A stretch of 62,053 nucleotides of DNA, the filler included, from Stramenopiles sp. TOSAG23-6 (Eukaryota), in the NCBI GenBank assembly GCA_900128565.1. It is 23 parts of 23 records of this genome, joined end to end, with 100 filler letters (N's around TTAATTAATTAA, not from the genome) between each part and the next. Parts side by side here need not be neighbours in the genome. Positions count along the whole stretch, not along the records: positions 1 to 2,621 come from LT637912.1; positions 2,722 to 5,342 come from LT637913.1; positions 5,443 to 8,061 come from LT637914.1; positions 8,162 to 10,772 come from LT637915.1; positions 10,873 to 13,481 come from LT637916.1; 18 more parts are not named here. One strand, given 5' to 3'. Made by a program: the position numbers and the translations under genes. The notes beneath the pieces are model-generated. The model worked only from the letters and a program-made list of their open reading frames with translations. It had not been told where the DNA came from and searched no databases. Shown piece by piece: positions 1 to 11,546 of this stretch; the first letter of the stretch is position 1; every line of letters starts with the position of its first letter.

Positions 1-15
1 TTATTATTTCTGAGC

Positions 16-2151
16 ATGGTATTGGGTGAAGGTCGTTTATGGAAGGATTCTTCAACTCATGTACTCATTGGCTTCGCAAAATTCTTTGGTTATTTAATTG
101 TATTGTGTCCTTTTTTTAGCGGTGTTTTAATTTTACTTCGTTGGATAATTGTGTCATTCGTCTCGGAGGATAAAACGAAAAATACGAAACAGAAAAAGCT
201 CAACTTCGTGAGTGTTCCTTCATCTTCTGTTTTTTCACAAAAGGAACCTTGTAAAAGTTCAAAGAGAAATCGAAATGTTCATTTAGAGAATGCTTTCCAA
301 TATATTCAAACTTTCAACTTTGTTTTATATATAATTGCAGTAATTGGTGTTTTCATATACATTGCGATGTTAATATGGCCTCTGGATAATCTTTATAAAG
401 GATTGCATAGACCAATCCCCACATTGACTTCGAAAACCACTGGTACTACTCGCAAACGAGTTGCTGTAATTGGAGGAGGTCCAAGCGGCTCTGGCGCGAC
501 ACTTAGTTTACATAAGATGCCAGATCAGTATGATGTCGTTTTATATGAAGCTGAGTCAGAGTTAGGTGGTCATGGCTACGGTACCAAATTTATATACACT
601 TCAAAAAGTACAGGTTTACAGAAAGCAACTAACGTAGAAATGGGATTCATATTTGGTGGTCGTTGTGCGTATTATCATCTCCGACAACTTCTAAAATTCT
701 ATGATGTCGGATTTTCGACTAGTAAAATATCATTATCTACAATGAAAAATGATGTTGTGAAGTATGCCACAGATGACAGTAAACTTTCTAATTCATCTGA
801 ATTTGACCGCTTCAATAAGTTAATGGCACCTGTGATTCAACGTCTGGAAGCAAAGAAACCATCTATTTCCGATTATCTTACGCCTTTTGGTGATTGGCTT
901 GACAAAAATAATTTCAATGATGATTTTCGAGCTACACATTTGACTCCTTTATTTATGACATTATTTGTCGTCAAGACTGGAATGTACCGTTACCCAGTTG
1001 TATTTATTGCAAATATGTTTAATAAATACATTGATTTGTATCATGGAACGCCAGCATGGGGCATAGATGGGAGTTCTAGAGCGTTATACGATAAAATTGA
1101 AGCAGATTTGAAAGAAAATCAACACGCAACATTGAAATTAGATTCACCTGTTTATTCTGTGAGTCGACTAGACAATGGTGGGGTTCGTGTAAGTTTGAAA
1201 GATGGAAGTCATGAAGACTATGATGGAGTTGTATTTGCAACAGGAGCGAATGTTGCAAGGGAAATTTTAAGGCGAGGTGGAACCTCTTCATTGTGGGAAC
1301 AATTTGTACTTAATCTTACTCAATATTCTGACCCAATAGAAATGGTGCTTCATACTGATCGTTCGTTTCTACCTAAAGATAAAAAACATTGGAGAAACTT
1401 TAACTTTAAAGCACTCGGAGATTCATATCATTCCGCGTCTGATTTTGAGTTTAACGCATTGATGCATTGGACTAATCCACTGGAGGATATTGATGAAGAT
1501 GGAGATATTCCTATCCTCACAACTAATCCTGGACATCCTATAGATGTGACAAAGATCAAAAATAGTAAAGTATGGGATCATTTACAAGGAGATTTAGTGA
1601 CCATGATATTTTGTATTTTAGGTTTCAATTCGTCTATTCAAGGCTATGGTAATATTGTATTTGCGGGAGAATGGGTAAAAGGTTTTGTTGGACACGACGA
1701 AGCATTATCTAGTGGGCGTATAGCACTGGAACACCTTGGTGTACACATGAAAAGAGAAAAAACAGATCCTGACTGGTATACAAAAAAAATTTTACTTGCA
1801 AATGATCCTCTTCCAACTTGCCCTGCAGATGATGAACTTACTGATGAAACTGAGTTTTGTTCTATACCAAAGAGGCAACCTGGTATCAATGGAAAGAATT
1901 GCAGTGAATTGAATATTACTGCTAGTGAGCTGTTTTTTTATAGGTTATGGGGGAAACCAGAGGAAAGAAGTCATTTTGCTCGCGAAGATTTTGCTAACAC
2001 AATGCAACGTATAGTTGTTCAAAAATTATATCCATCATTTGTTGTTCTCATTATTTTCTATGCTATATCCGGATTGTTTGTTTTGGCTGAAGCTTGTCGC
2101 TATAAATTCAACATTGTTTGGTGGTGTTCTTGTGGGAAATTATGTAAATAA
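16..2151 (+). CDS. Membrane-anchored FAD/NAD(P)-dependent oxidoreductase (amine oxidase-like)
   Basis: 711-aa intronless ORF. Rossmann motif RVAVIGGGPSG..VVLYEA..LGGH, C-terminal FAGEW..GHDEALSSG, hydrophobic helices at both ends. Confidence 0.8.
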   Translation: MVLGEGRLWKDSSTHVLIGFAKFFGYLIVLCPFFSGVLILLRWIIVSFVSEDKTKNTKQKKLNFVSVPSSSVFSQKEPCKSSKRNRNVHLENAFQYIQTFNFVLYIIAVIGVFIYIAMLIWPLDNLYKGLHRPIPTLTSKTTGTTRKRVAVIGGGPSGSGATLSLHKMPDQYDVVLYEAESELGGHGYGTKFIYTSKSTGLQKATNVEMGFIFGGRCAYYHLRQLLKFYDVGFSTSKISLSTMKNDVVKYATDDSKLSNSSEFDRFNKLMAPVIQRLEAKKPSISDYLTPFGDWLDKNNFNDDFRATHLTPLFMTLFVVKTGMYRYPVVFIANMFNKYIDLYHGTPAWGIDGSSRALYDKIEADLKENQHATLKLDSPVYSVSRLDNGGVRVSLKDGSHEDYDGVVFATGANVAREILRRGGTSSLWEQFVLNLTQYSDPIEMVLHTDRSFLPKDKKHWRNFNFKALGDSYHSASDFEFNALMHWTNPLEDIDEDGDIPILTTNPGHPIDVTKIKNSKVWDHLQGDLVTMIFCILGFNSSIQGYGNIVFAGEWVKGFVGHDEALSSGRIALEHLGVHMKREKTDPDWYTKKILLANDPLPTCPADDELTDETEFCSIPKRQPGINGKNCSELNITASELFFYRLWGKPEERSHFAREDFANTMQRIVVQKLYPSFVVLIIFYAISGLFVLAEACRYKFNIVWWCSCGKLCK

Positions 2152-2509
2152 AATTTTTTTAAAGTTGAGTTCTTGTGAGAAATTATGTAAAGAAAAATAA
2201 AAATTTTAAAAAGTTGAGTTCTTGTAGGAAATCTTTTCAAGACGAAAAATATGAAAACTTGAAGAATCCATTATCTTATCGAGTTAAAAAAAAATATGCG
2301 GAAATTTATGTGTAAGCAACAAAAATTACAATGTAAATTTTCAGGAGAATGACAATATCCACAATATCCGCGACATTTAGTATGGAAGGCAGGTTTGTAC
2401 CCCTGCGGAGATTTTCGATTGATTTTACCGTTACAACATTTCCTCTAGCTCTAAGCTAGTACCTATTAGTACCTACGTACGTATAGGAGACAACCGATAA
2501 TAATAGTCG

Positions 2510-2622
2510 ATGGCCTCATTGCAAAATTTACCAGTGTGGGAGACGTGCTACACGGAAGATGGTTATTGCTATTACCATAATACTGTCACAGAAGAATCCT
2601 CTTGGGAGTGGCCAGAAGGAGN
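2510..2622 (+). CDS. WW-domain protein, 5' fragment cut by contig end
   Basis: Manual translation MASLQNLPVWETCYTEDGYCYYHNTVTEESSWEWP matches the WW pattern W..YY.N..T..S.W..P. Confidence 0.75.
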
Positions 2623-2721
2623 NNNNNNNNNNNNNNNNNNNNNNNNNNNNNNNNNNNNNNNNNNNTTAATTAATTAANNNNNNNNNNNNNNNNNNNNNNN
2701 NNNNNNNNNNNNNNNNNNNNN
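2623..2721. other. Artificial contig linker (N-run, TTAATTAATTAA, N-run); first of 22 such linkers, spaced ~2.7 kb apart
   Basis: Identical all-frame-stop linker recurs at 5343, 8062, 10773, 13482, 16188, 18894, 21600, 24306, 27010, 29714, 32417, 35120, 37821, 40517, 43212, 45907, 48600, 51292, 53983, 56674 and 59364. Confidence 0.99.
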
Positions 2722-2775
2722 TACGAAATTTCGTACCTAACGAATTTTTTTTTGAAATATTTTTTCACAATACTT

Positions 2776-3514
2776 GCGTTTCAGTCGGAGAAGCGACGGA
2801 GACTTAACATCCAAAATAATCTTGCAAATGAACGTAACCTGTTCATACATAACCCAAATAGATGCATTAAACGTCAATTAACCAAAGCAAAAATACGTAA
2901 AAAATTGATGGAGAAATCTGGGTATTCCTTGGAGGCCATGTACGTTGTCCACTTTCTTTCTAAAAATATTTTTTTAAAAATTTTGTACCTAACAAATTTA
3001 AGTTTTTTATTTTTGAAATCCTTGGCCCAAGGCTTCTTAGATTCAGGTTTGTATGCATACTCAAGACATCCAAATTACTTTGCTGAAGTATCACTTTGGT
3101 GGTGTTTATATTTGTACACTCTATCGATGTCTGTTGAAATGCATCAAAGTGATAATGTTTGGGATACACTGTATATTTTCATGATCAATTTAGGAATTTT
3201 TTATTTTTTTATCGAAATTTTTTTTCATACGAAATTTTGTACCTAACAAAATTTTTTTTTTTTTTTGAAATATGTCCCAGCATTACATAATTGATTTTCG
3301 ATTACAAAATGTAGTTTGGTTCAATTGGTCTATATTTGGATGCATTTTATTAACTTTGTTATTTATCGCCCCAGGAGGCTCTATCGACTTTGGTGAGTCT
3401 ATTAGCGCAGCCAAATATGACAAATATAAATTATACCAGAGTAGAGTCAGTAAATTTATTCCTTGGTTTCCATCAACTGAAAATGATTTCACTAAAAAAA
3501 CAAAAAAACATTGA
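2776..3514 (+). CDS. DUF1295 / steroid 5-alpha-reductase-like membrane protein, 3' part (exons 2776-2939, 3024-3170, 3289-3514)
   Basis: GFLDSGLYAYSRHPNYFAEVSLWW and E.IS..KY..Y..YQ.RVSKFIPW motifs. Frame is restored by removing two family introns. Confidence 0.85.
2940..3023 (+). mobile_element. Family intron (GT...TT)
   Basis: GTACGT start, TTTTGTACCTAAC core, removal joins SLEA-M-AQGFLDSG. Confidence 0.7.
3171..3288 (+). mobile_element. Family intron (GT...AT); upstream CAG at 3278-3280 not usable
   Basis: Removal gives WDTL-IDFRLQ. Splicing at the CAG gives CTC ATT ACA TAA (stop). Confidence 0.8.
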
Positions 3515-3753
3515 AAAAAAAATCAAAACAATACATGGACAATAAACACTAAAAAAACAAAAAACATTGAAACAAAAATCAAAACAATACATGGACAAAT
3601 AAATGATGATTTAGATATAATAAAAATGGTAATACTATTTTATAGTACTAGTACTTTATTCATTTATAATTTTTCTGATTTTTTTTTTAATTTTCTTTCC
3701 CATGACCGAATCTGAATTGATGTCTTCTTTTTTACTTTTTAAACCCTAACCCT

Positions 3754-5342
3754 TTAAAAACTCATCGAAAATGTATTGGTATTACTTAGAAGTACACTAT
3801 CAAAATATGAAAGTAATTCTTGTTGATTTCGTGTCTCTACAAGTAGTACATCAATATCTTTTCGACTAGAGATTTCTGCAATAATATGTTTGGGATGATC
3901 ACCAATGATTTTATTATACACAGCATCATACTCAACAACAACAATTTTATTATTTGTCCTTTTAAACGATTGAACAAGATCAGGACGACGAATAAATAGC
4001 AAATAAGGCAGTTTTAAGACATCATATATATCAAATAAATTTTCATAAATAGCTCTTTCTAATAATTTTTCATTATGGATAAAAACTCCGAGCAAATTCG
4101 GATTCGTGTCTGTTGTAGGGTTAGGGTTTCCACAATTAGGGTTAGGGCTATTTTGTACATTTAATAATTCAAATTGTAAATCCTTGTCGCGTAAAACACC
4201 CATTGACATTTCCACATCCATTCCAACACCAAATGATGTATATAATAAATCAATATCATTTCCAATTTTTAATTTTTTTTTTCTATTTGACAAATGATCA
4301 TATAACAATTTCTTATAAAAATCTGTAGGTACAGTTGCAGTAGGGTTAGGGTGAATTGTCCATGTAGAAGTGAAGATAAAATTAAAATTTTCACTCCATT
4401 TACGAAATAAAATTTTACAGTGATGTTTGTTTAGTGGTATATCAATGACAACATGTATATTTTTCTTTGTGCTTTTTTTGGGGTATACATCTGGTGCATT
4501 TTTAGGGTTTTTAGGGTTTTTAGGGTTAGGGTCAGGACTAGGTACATTTTTACTATAAAGTTCAAAAAAATTCAACATTAATTTTTGCATTTTTACAATT
4601 GAATTTAAATCTATTTTAAGTTTTGAAATCTTGTCAGTCTGTATTGTGAATATATATATATACTTTTAAAGTAAAATGATTTTTGTTAGACACAAAATTT
4701 TGAAGAAACAAAATATGAAAAAAAATTAATTTGAAAGAAACAAAATTTGAAAAAAAATTAATTTTCAAGAAACAAAATGTGAAAAAAATTAATTTTGAAA
4801 ATGTACTATTAAAGGTGAATAATGCTTTGTATCACATTTTGTATCAAATGTTGAAAAATTCAAACCTATGAATGAGATATGCGTAGTAGTACCGTTAACA
4901 TTGATTGGTGTTACTCTCATTTTTTTTTCAAATGACACTGTTGAAGTCTCTAATTTTTGTTGAATTTTACATGGAATTAGATTAGGGTTAGGGTTACATG
5001 GAAGCACAACTTCTCCAGGGGTATTATTATTAGTACGAGTTTGTTTTGTAACAACATTCACAGCATTCAACATATTATCATATAAATCTAGACGAATTTT
5101 AAATTGTTTTGATATCCAAGGGTGATGTATTGTAAACAAATATATATAATTGTGAAAAAAACACAAAAAATATCGTTAGGTACGAAGTTTCGTACGAAAA
5201 AAAACTTGGAAAAAACAAATTGAAAAAAAACTATATATATATATATGGATAAAATAATCGTTGGGTACCAAAAAAAATGTTTCAGACAAAAAAAAATAAA
5301 TTTGAAATTGATAATGAAAAAGTACATGATTTTGATTTCCAA
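3754..5342 (-). CDS. Hypothetical protein, 3' part, with PNPN inserts; family introns 5125-5325 (GT-AT) and 4639-4806 (GT-AG)
   Basis: ORFs 4789-5166 and 3754-4590 join in phase 0 across the 4639-4806 intron. No recognised domain. Confidence 0.6.
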
Positions 5343-5442
5343 NNNNNNNNNNNNNNNNNNNNNNNNNNNNNNNNNNNNNNNNNNNNTTAATTAATTAANN
5401 NNNNNNNNNNNNNNNNNNNNNNNNNNNNNNNNNNNNNNNNNN

Positions 5443-6228
5443 GAATATGTTGATAGAATTATGATTATTCATTTGTTTTATTATTCAGATATTGTATACA
5501 GTATATCTCGTATTTTACATGTATTACAAATATAACTACAACAAAGAATATGTTGATAGAGTTATGATTATTCATTTGGTTTATTATTCAGATATTGTAT
5601 ACATTATATCGCGTATTTTAATTTTGTTAGAAATAAAAGTACAACAAAGAATATGTTGATAGAATGATAATTATTTATTTGGTTTATTATTCAGATATTG
5701 TATACATGATATGCAGTATTTTAATTTTGTTACAAATCTAACTACAACAAAGAATATCTTGATAGAATGATGATTATTCATTTGGTTTATTATTCAGATA
5801 TTGTACACATTATATTGGGTATTTTAGATTTTGCTACAAATAAAACTACAGCAAAGAATATCTTGATAGAATGATGACTATTCATTTGATTTATAATTCA
5901 GATATTGTATACATGATATAACGTATTTTAATTTTGTTACAAATATAACTACAACAAAGAATATCTTGATAGAATAATGATTATTCATTTTATTTATAAT
6001 TCAGATATTGCATACATTATATTGGGTATTTTAGATTTATTACAAACATAACTGCAACAAAGAATATCTTGATAGAATTATGATTATTCATTTTATTTAT
6101 TATTCGGATATTGTATACATTATATCTTGCATTTTAGATTTATTACAAATATAACTACAACGAAGAATATCTTGATAAATTATGATTATTCATTTGGTTT
6201 ATTATTCAGATATTGTATACATGATATG
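5443..6228. repeat. AT-rich tandem repeat, ~103-bp unit, ~7.5 diverged copies
   Basis: GAATAT(G/C)TTGATAGAAT..GATTATTCATTTG..TTATTCAGATATTGTATAC recurs at about 5443, 5546, 5649, 5752, 5856, 5959, 6062 and 6165. Confidence 0.95.
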
Positions 6229-6669
6229 ATTAGGGTCGAGTACCACTTCGTTGTATGACTTATTTTGTTTTTTTCATTCCATTTTTTATTCCATTTTTCA
6301 TTAAATTTATTTTGTATTTTTCCTTAAATTTTTTTAAATATTTTTTAAATTTTATTTTACCCTTGGAGTGTCATGGGTCACAGTCACATTTTTATTTACA
6401 AGCTCTCCGCAGGAGTCCGCCTGAAGGGCATGTTAATCTATTACTCCAATTGTCCATTTTTATAATGAAGAAGAACAATAGAAACTACAACAATAAAATG
6501 AAACATAACTTGTGAAGAATAATGATAAATAAATACTTACACAATAGTATATTTTTTGGGTGTTATATTTTATTTTTAAATAAATTAGATTTATAAGAGA
6601 ATGACTCTCCTATTATTTTATTTATTTATCCCATCTTTTTTCTTTGTTGTACATAGATTTATATATACT

Positions 6670-8061
6670 TTACATTTCATCTGAATAGGATGACTCATCA
6701 CCATCATAATTATTGTTTTGTTGGCGTTGTTCAGATTGGAACATATTCCACAATATTCTACGAACATTTTGATAACCTCTATTACAAACAAAATTTTGAA
6801 ATCTTCTCATATCTCTTCTTTTGAAACCAAAATAAAACTTCTCATATAAGTGTAATGAACTCCAACAAACTCCAGCTTCCTTCATTCTATCCTGTACAAT
6901 ATAATCATTTAGAACCTCTTCATAGTGACGTTCTTCTGGTCCATGTGCTTGTATATCTTTTAATTCACTAATCATTTTAAAGATTAGTTTCAAAATATCT
7001 TTATGATTTGAATTATTTGAATCAATATTGGTATTTGTATTATTCTTGCTTTCACTATTACCATCACTGTATTCATTTACTTCTGCAGATCTATCTCGAT
7101 AATTTATAGCAATTCTTTCAACACTTTTATGCTTTTGTTGAGGGTTATCAAGATACCAATTAGGACTTCCTACATAATGACTTTTACTTTCACCATCATT
7201 ATAATCATCATTACATTGACTTTTACTTTCACTCTGATCATCACTGTTTTCATTTTCTTCTGAAAATGATGAATAATTATAATCATCATTACATTGACTT
7301 TTACTTTCACCATCATCATGAATGTTTTGTTGAGCTTCATCACCCAATTCAACATATTCACCACAATGTTCTAAAGTTTTGCATTGTTCTTCAAGTGGTT
7401 TAAATATCTTTTCATCAATATCTTGAATTGCAGATTCTACATCTGCTTTGAATTGTGATATTACATCTGTATTAGGGCAAGCTACATCACATTCTAACAT
7501 ATTGTACAAAATGAGATATATACTTTCACATCCTTTCTTATCAAGCACCTCTTCAAATATTGACATATCTCTATATTTGAAATTAGTATTAAAAAAGGTA
7601 AATAAATAAGCTGCAGTCCAATTAACTCTAGCTTTAATCATTAGTTCCTTTACAGCATCTACATTTAGAATATTCTCATATTGATGTTTTTGTGGTCCAT
7701 CTGATTGTATATCTTTTGATTCACTAATCTTTTCAAAGATTAGTTTCAAAATTTTTCTATGCGTTGGATTTTTTGAAAGAATAGTAGTATTATATGTATC
7801 ATATAATGATAAAATGCTTGAAGTAATATAATGCCTTGGTGTGACCCTAGAACCCACATAAGGTACATCACCCCCTTCATTAAAAGCACAGTCACCATCT
7901 GCAGCCTTTGGAATAGTAGCACATCTTTCACTCTGATCATCACTTTGTTTATTTTCAGATGCTAATGAGTTATAGCATGAAGGAAACCACTCTGTTGAAG
8001 ATGCTTTTAAAGGAGATACTGGTGCATCAGAATTACTATTATTATTATTTTTACTTTCACC
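6670..8061 (-). CDS. Hypothetical protein with an internally duplicated helical domain and GESKSQCNDDYN repeats (5' truncated)
   Basis: HRKILKLIFEKISESKDIQSDGP and HKDILKLIFKMISELKDIQAHGP are two copies of one domain. The frame appears to stay open upstream of 7857. Confidence 0.65.
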   Translation of the reverse strand, partial: GESKNNNNSNSDAPVSPLKASSTEWFPSCYNSLASENKQSDDQSERCATIPKAADGDCAFNEGGDVPYVGSRVTPRHYITSSILSLYDTYNTTILSKNPTHRKILKLIFEKISESKDIQSDGPQKHQYENILNVDAVKELMIKARVNWTAAYLFTFFNTNFKYRDMSIFEEVLDKKGCESIYLILYNMLECDVACPNTDVISQFKADVESAIQDIDEKIFKPLEEQCKTLEHCGEYVELGDEAQQNIHDDGESKSQCNDDYNYSSFSEENENSDDQSESKSQCNDDYNDGESKSHYVGSPNWYLDNPQQKHKSVERIAINYRDRSAEVNEYSDGNSESKNNTNTNIDSNNSNHKDILKLIFKMISELKDIQAHGPEERHYEEVLNDYIVQDRMKEAGVCWSSLHLYEKFYFGFKRRDMRRFQNFVCNRGYQNVRRILWNMFQSEQRQQNNNYDGDESSYSDEM

Positions 8062-8161
8062 NNNNNNNNNNNNNNNNNNNNNNNNNNNNNNNNNNNNNNN
8101 NNNNNTTAATTAATTAANNNNNNNNNNNNNNNNNNNNNNNNNNNNNNNNNNNNNNNNNNNN

Positions 8162-8796
8162 ATGACGACAGCAGGAATTGTAGTCACCCCTGCGCCTGCA
8201 ACAGCCAAGGCCATGCGAGGGTATATAATTTTAGCGCCGAGAGCAAGCATACTACCACCTGCTGCAAGTTTTCCCCCTCCTAATGCATAGACCAACCCAG
8301 TCGTGAATCCCGTACCAGCTGGCATATTAAACTGTAAAACATCTAAAACGTCGTTGGCTATAGCACTCAGATCTTCAGAATCTACTTTACCATCCTGATT
8401 ACGGTCGAGAGTACGATTGTAGTCTCGTTCAACAGCACGCCAGTTAACGTTAACATAGTCTAAATACGATAGTCCTTGAAGAAAAACAAAACTAAAACCT
8501 ATACTAGCTGCCGCAAAACGACCAGCTACTTTGAGAGCAAAGCCTGAGCAATAGCCTAGAGTTGATCCAAGCATAATCTGAGATCCCATTGGAACTAAAT
8601 TTGACGTGATAGACTTTGCAATAGCAGTCGGAGTCTGTGCTGCCAGTTCTTCTGCAGCAACTCTTCGCGCTTCAACCTCTGCCAGCACTTCATTCTTTTC
8701 AAGCATTTGTCTTTTCAGCTCTAACAATTCTTTACGCTGTTTATCTATTAGAATATCCGATGCCGATGGACCAAAAAAGAATGAATATATTCCCAT
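8162..8796 (-). CDS. FUN14-family mitochondrial outer-membrane protein (3' truncated)
   Basis: QIMLGSTLGYCSGFALKVAGR..G..F..LQ.LSY.DYVNVNW..VE and NMPAGTGF..G are FUN14 signatures. An EF-hand-like DRNQDGKVD loop is also present. Confidence 0.9.
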
Positions 8797-9170
8797 TGTA
8801 AAGATATTTATACACTCAGAAATTATAATTTGTTTTCTTGGAATTCTCTTTAAGAGTAAAAGAATGAGATTCATCAATTTGCAAGCACAAACACGTGTTT
8901 CTAAATAACATATATAACACACAAACCTGCTGCTTTAGGCTTTGCGGCTTTGTTTTTTTTGATTCAATGAGATTTATTTGATTGGCCATTTTTTNTACAC
9001 GTGTTCCATCAAGTTCTTCTGTTGTGGCATGTGTGTCTACTACGAACTACTAGNTNCTACTACTGTAGTACTAACTACTAGTACAGGTACTCTACGTAGT
9101 TAGTTAGCATCTACTACTACTAGTTTATTAGAATACTATATATTGCTGTCTTAGAATATCTCTACCNTAN

Positions 9171-10772
9171 ATGACTGCGTTACGCATTGCATATGCTTCG
9201 TCGCAGTACCTAGTACGTAAGGCTACGCATATATCAGGTGCTCACCACCGACAAATACGACCACTCACTCTAATTCAAAGTGTNCTTAATTACCATATAA
9301 GNACGGTCACAAATNTACGTCAACANGGAACGCGTCAGAATGGGCATGTGAATCGTTCTGTACAGAACCTTGGCAAACAAAAGAACCAAAAGAACCTTGG
9401 CAAACAAAATGCAGCTCTGGACTTTCAATTGCTGAGTCCAAAAATGGTGAAACAAATTTGGCAGAATTTNTACGAGTCTTTATCCAATGACACTTTAAAA
9501 GCAAAAACCTGCTTCAATGCGATCAAGATTTGTCTTAGCACTGCCGATATGATTCACATAGCATTTGATATTATGCCAAGAAAAGGCTTATTACCAAGGA
9601 GAAGTATTAGAGATTTCATTGCTACTCGATTTCTATTAGAGGGTGATATAAATGGCGCAACGAATTTCCTAAATTCACCTGTCCCAAAGTTCAGTACAAC
9701 TGAATTACAACTTCTTCGTGATACATCAAAAAGTCGTAGAAAAGATGTGTATGACTTATTATATACAAAACCTTTTATTGACAATAGTTTGGGTAGTATA
9801 AAAAATGCAGAAAATGTTGATCATCTAGACGAAAATGCTGATCAACTAGACATTACAAACAAAAATAACAAAAATAACAAAAATAACAAAAATGTATTAA
9901 GCCCACCATCGTTTAGACAAGCTCATCTCAGGCAATGTCGAGAAAAACTTTTAGAGTTTTTCATAAATTGCAATGAACACCAAGCTGCGTGGGATTTTTT
10001 CCATAAATTAGAAAAAAATCAAAAACTTGTAAGTTTTATTTTTTTTTACCGAAAAAAAAAAAAAAAAAAAATCGATTTTTTTTTCATAGTAAATTTTGTA
10101 CCTAACGATTTTTTTGGTAAAAAAATTTTGAAATATTTTTCCAAAATATATACGACGCCTCTCTGTTCATTGATATTACGTTGTTGTTATGGTTGGAATG
10201 ATTATCAATATGTCATTGACCATATTATGAAAAAACATAACCTCAAAATGGATGTTGGTATCTTTTATAACTTAATTACGCTGTTACGAATTGAAGGAAA
10301 CAAACCTGCCGTTCAAGCTTTAATTGACACCGCAATGTATGTTTTATTTTATTTTTTTTTTTTGGTTTAAAAAAAAAAAAAAAAAATGGATTTTTTTTTT
10401 TGTACGAAATTTCGTACCTAACAAATTTTTTAAAAATTTTTTTGGAATATTTTTCCAAAAAACATGCCAGCGAATAATGTAAAACCGACTAAATTAATAT
10501 ATGAAGTTTTAGATCGTGAAGAACCAAGTTTTAGACGAATGGCAACGTCAATCATTAAACAACATGTTTTTTCTAACAACGTGACTCGTACGTTTTCATT
10601 ATTTTTTTTTTTTGGTTTCGTACGAAATTTTGTACCTAATAACAAAAATAACAAAAATATTTTCGTTTTCATTATTTTTTTTTTTACAAAAAAAATTAAA
10701 ATTTTTTTTTTCGTACGAAATTTTGTACCTAATAACAAAAATGTTTTTGATTTTTTTTCACAAAACATGTTT
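9171..10772 (+). CDS. Helical-repeat (PPR-like) protein with a possible mitochondrial presequence; family introns 10029-10151, 10337-10465, 10588-10768
   Basis: PPR-like segments MKKHNLKMDVGIFYNLITLLRIEG and MPANNVKPT; Arg/Ser-rich N-terminus. Confidence 0.6.
10029..10151 (+). mobile_element. Family intron (GT...AT)
   Basis: The same site holds a 107-nt variant (42484-42590) in the second copy of this contig, which delimits the insertion. Confidence 0.85.
10337..10465 (+). mobile_element. Family intron (GT...AT, flanking AT duplication)
   Basis: Removal gives DTA-M-PANNVKP. The next AG (10470) gives ATC GAA TAA. Confidence 0.8.
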
Positions 10773-10992
10773 NNNNNNNNNNNNNNNNNNNNNNNNNNNN
10801 NNNNNNNNNNNNNNNNTTAATTAATTAANNNNNNNNNNNNNNNNNNNNNNNNNNNNNNNNNNNNNNNNNNNNATGTTCTTTTTTTTTTTTTACAAAAAAA
10901 TTCGATTTTTTTTTTTTGGTTTCGTACGAAATTTTGTACCTAACAATTTTTTTTTTGGTAAAAAAATTTTGAAATATTTTTCCAAAAAACAG

Positions 10993-11427
10993 TAACACAA
11001 GATGAAGATGTTCTTGATACATGGTTTTCCTCTTCATTATTACCACTCAGTGCATTAGGATGGCCAAATAATAACCCTAACGCTACTCATTCTAATCGAT
11101 ATCCTCTTGATGTAATGGAAACCGGATGTTTGTTTTCATCATGAATTTTTTTTTTTTTTTCATACGAAATTTCGTACCTAACAAAAAACTTTTTTTTCTA
11201 CATTTTTTTTTTTTTTTTTCACAATACATCGGATATTTTGTTTTTTTGGGTAGCTCGAATGGCAATGATTTGTTCTGAATTAAACCCTAACCCTAACTCT
11301 AATGATGATGAAAATAGAAATCATCCATTTAATCGAATTTTACTTCATCCTATGGTACGAGATCGATCTGGTAGAAAAATGTCAAAAAGTTTAGGAAATG
11401 TGATTGATCCAAATCATGTACGTGTTT

Positions 11428-11466
<39 letters not shown>

Positions 11467-11515
11467 GGCAAAATTAAAATTTTTTTTTTTTTTTTTTTTT
11501 TTTCTAGCAAAAATA

Positions 11516-11546
<31 letters not shown>

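Noticed and set aside
2623-2721. Regularly spaced TTAATTAATTAA palindromes as a biological repeat or array
   Set aside because: They are artificial linkers inside N-runs between size-sorted contigs, so gene neighbourhood across them is meaningless.
5443-6228. CRISPR array
   Set aside because: The whole unit repeats with no unique spacers, and the context is eukaryotic.
10430-10824. Short ORFs containing FVRNFVPN, SYEILYLT or LGTKFR as a repeated protein domain
   Set aside because: They are translations of the intron core in different frames and strands.
11126-11227. Standard U12-type AT-AC introns (shifted register ATGT...AC)
   Set aside because: There is no ATATCCTT or TCCTTAAC consensus, and in this register many copies would read TT..AC, AT..GT or AC..AT. 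It remains a formal alternative for some junctions only.
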